Source of the DNA: Treponema sp.
Lineage (GTDB): Bacteria > Spirochaetota > Spirochaetia > Treponematales > UBA12059
Direction of reading: 5' to 3'
NCBI GenBank assembly: GCA_012517645.1
Contig: JAAYUR010000104.1
Span: 1-25,440, forward strand
Length of the DNA: 25,440 bases
This document shows positions 24,876 to 25,440 of this stretch, piece after piece. A program made the translations under genes and the position numbers. Under the pieces are notes generated by a model. That model searched no databases and was not told the DNA's origin. It worked only from the letters and a program-made list of their open reading frames with translations. The first letter of the stretch is position 1. Every line of letters starts with the position of its first letter.

Positions 24876-25440
24876 ATGCCCTTCAATCGAGTTTCCCGGG
24901 TCGACGACCTGGTTCCGGTGCGGCGCGCGATCGTGTCGGTCTACGACAAGGCCGGGCTCGAACTCCTCGCCTCGGGGCTCGTCGAGGCTTGCCCGGGCAT
25001 CCGCGTCTATTCCACCGGGGGCACCCTGAAGGTCCTCCGGGACATCCTGGACGTCCGGGGGGAGGCCGTACTCGTGCCTATGGAAGCCTACACCGGCCAG
25101 CCCGAGATGAAGGGCGGCCTCGTGAAGACCCTGGATTGGAAGATCTACCTGGGCCTTCTGGCCGAACCCTACGACACGGAGCATCGCGCGGATCTGGAAC
25201 GGTTGGGCGCCGTATCCTTCGACCTGGTGGTGGGGAACCTGTATCCCTTCCGGACCGTCGCATCCTCCCGGGTGCCCTTCGAGACGGTCCGACAGAACAT
25301 CGACATCGGAGGCCCCTGCATGCTTCGGGCCGCGGCCAAGAACTTCCTCCGGGTCGCGGCCGTCTGCGACCCGGAGGATTACACGGAGATCCTGGGCGAA
25401 CTCCGCCGGACCGGGGGAAGCCTGTGTCTTGCCAGCCGGG
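24876..25440 (+). CDS. purH: PurH-type IMP cyclohydrolase (MGS-like) domain, runs off the right edge of the window
   Basis: Translated by hand: MPFNRVSRVDDLVPVRRAIVSVYDKAG...YSTGGT...GGLVKTLDWKIY...DLVVGNLYPF...NIDIGGPCMLRAAAKN. AAGGAG RBS. Confidence 0.88.
   Translation, partial: MPFNRVSRVDDLVPVRRAIVSVYDKAGLELLASGLVEACPGIRVYSTGGTLKVLRDILDVRGEAVLVPMEAYTGQPEMKGGLVKTLDWKIYLGLLAEPYDTEHRADLERLGAVSFDLVVGNLYPFRTVASSRVPFETVRQNIDIGGPCMLRAAAKNFLRVAAVCDPEDYTEILGELRRTGGSLCLASR

Overview
GC-rich bacterial chromosomal window, probably from a spirochaete (inferred from an orphan FliG paralogue and a membrane-anchored SurA/PpiD-like protein; not verifiable here). It is densely coding, with 18 housekeeping or signalling genes. 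Minus-strand run: Zn-PLC-like, fliG-like, pduO, M16C peptidase, 67-aa protein, ate/bpt, TPR-GAF-GGDEF, SurA/PpiD-like, Maf/DUF115, Gfo/Idh/MocA. Plus strand: htrA, uvrB, enoate-reductase-like flavoenzyme, a convergent minus-strand dCache-HAMP-PP2C gene, then aminotransferase, folD, folE2, purH. I found no rRNA, tRNA, CRISPR array, transposase or integrase. The notable signals are intergenic. (1) Three copies of a 120-150 bp element have inverted arms of tandem heptamers (GTGRACR-like) around a largely unique spacer of nearly fixed length (71, 73, 73 bp). The arms contain stop codons, abut ribosome-binding sites and lie next to promoters. (2) A copy of the first 14 uvrB codons lies 118 bp upstream of uvrB and differs only at 7 synonymous third positions, preceded by 9-mer tandem repeats. 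(3) Several sigma70-like promoters predict leaderless or near-leaderless mRNAs.
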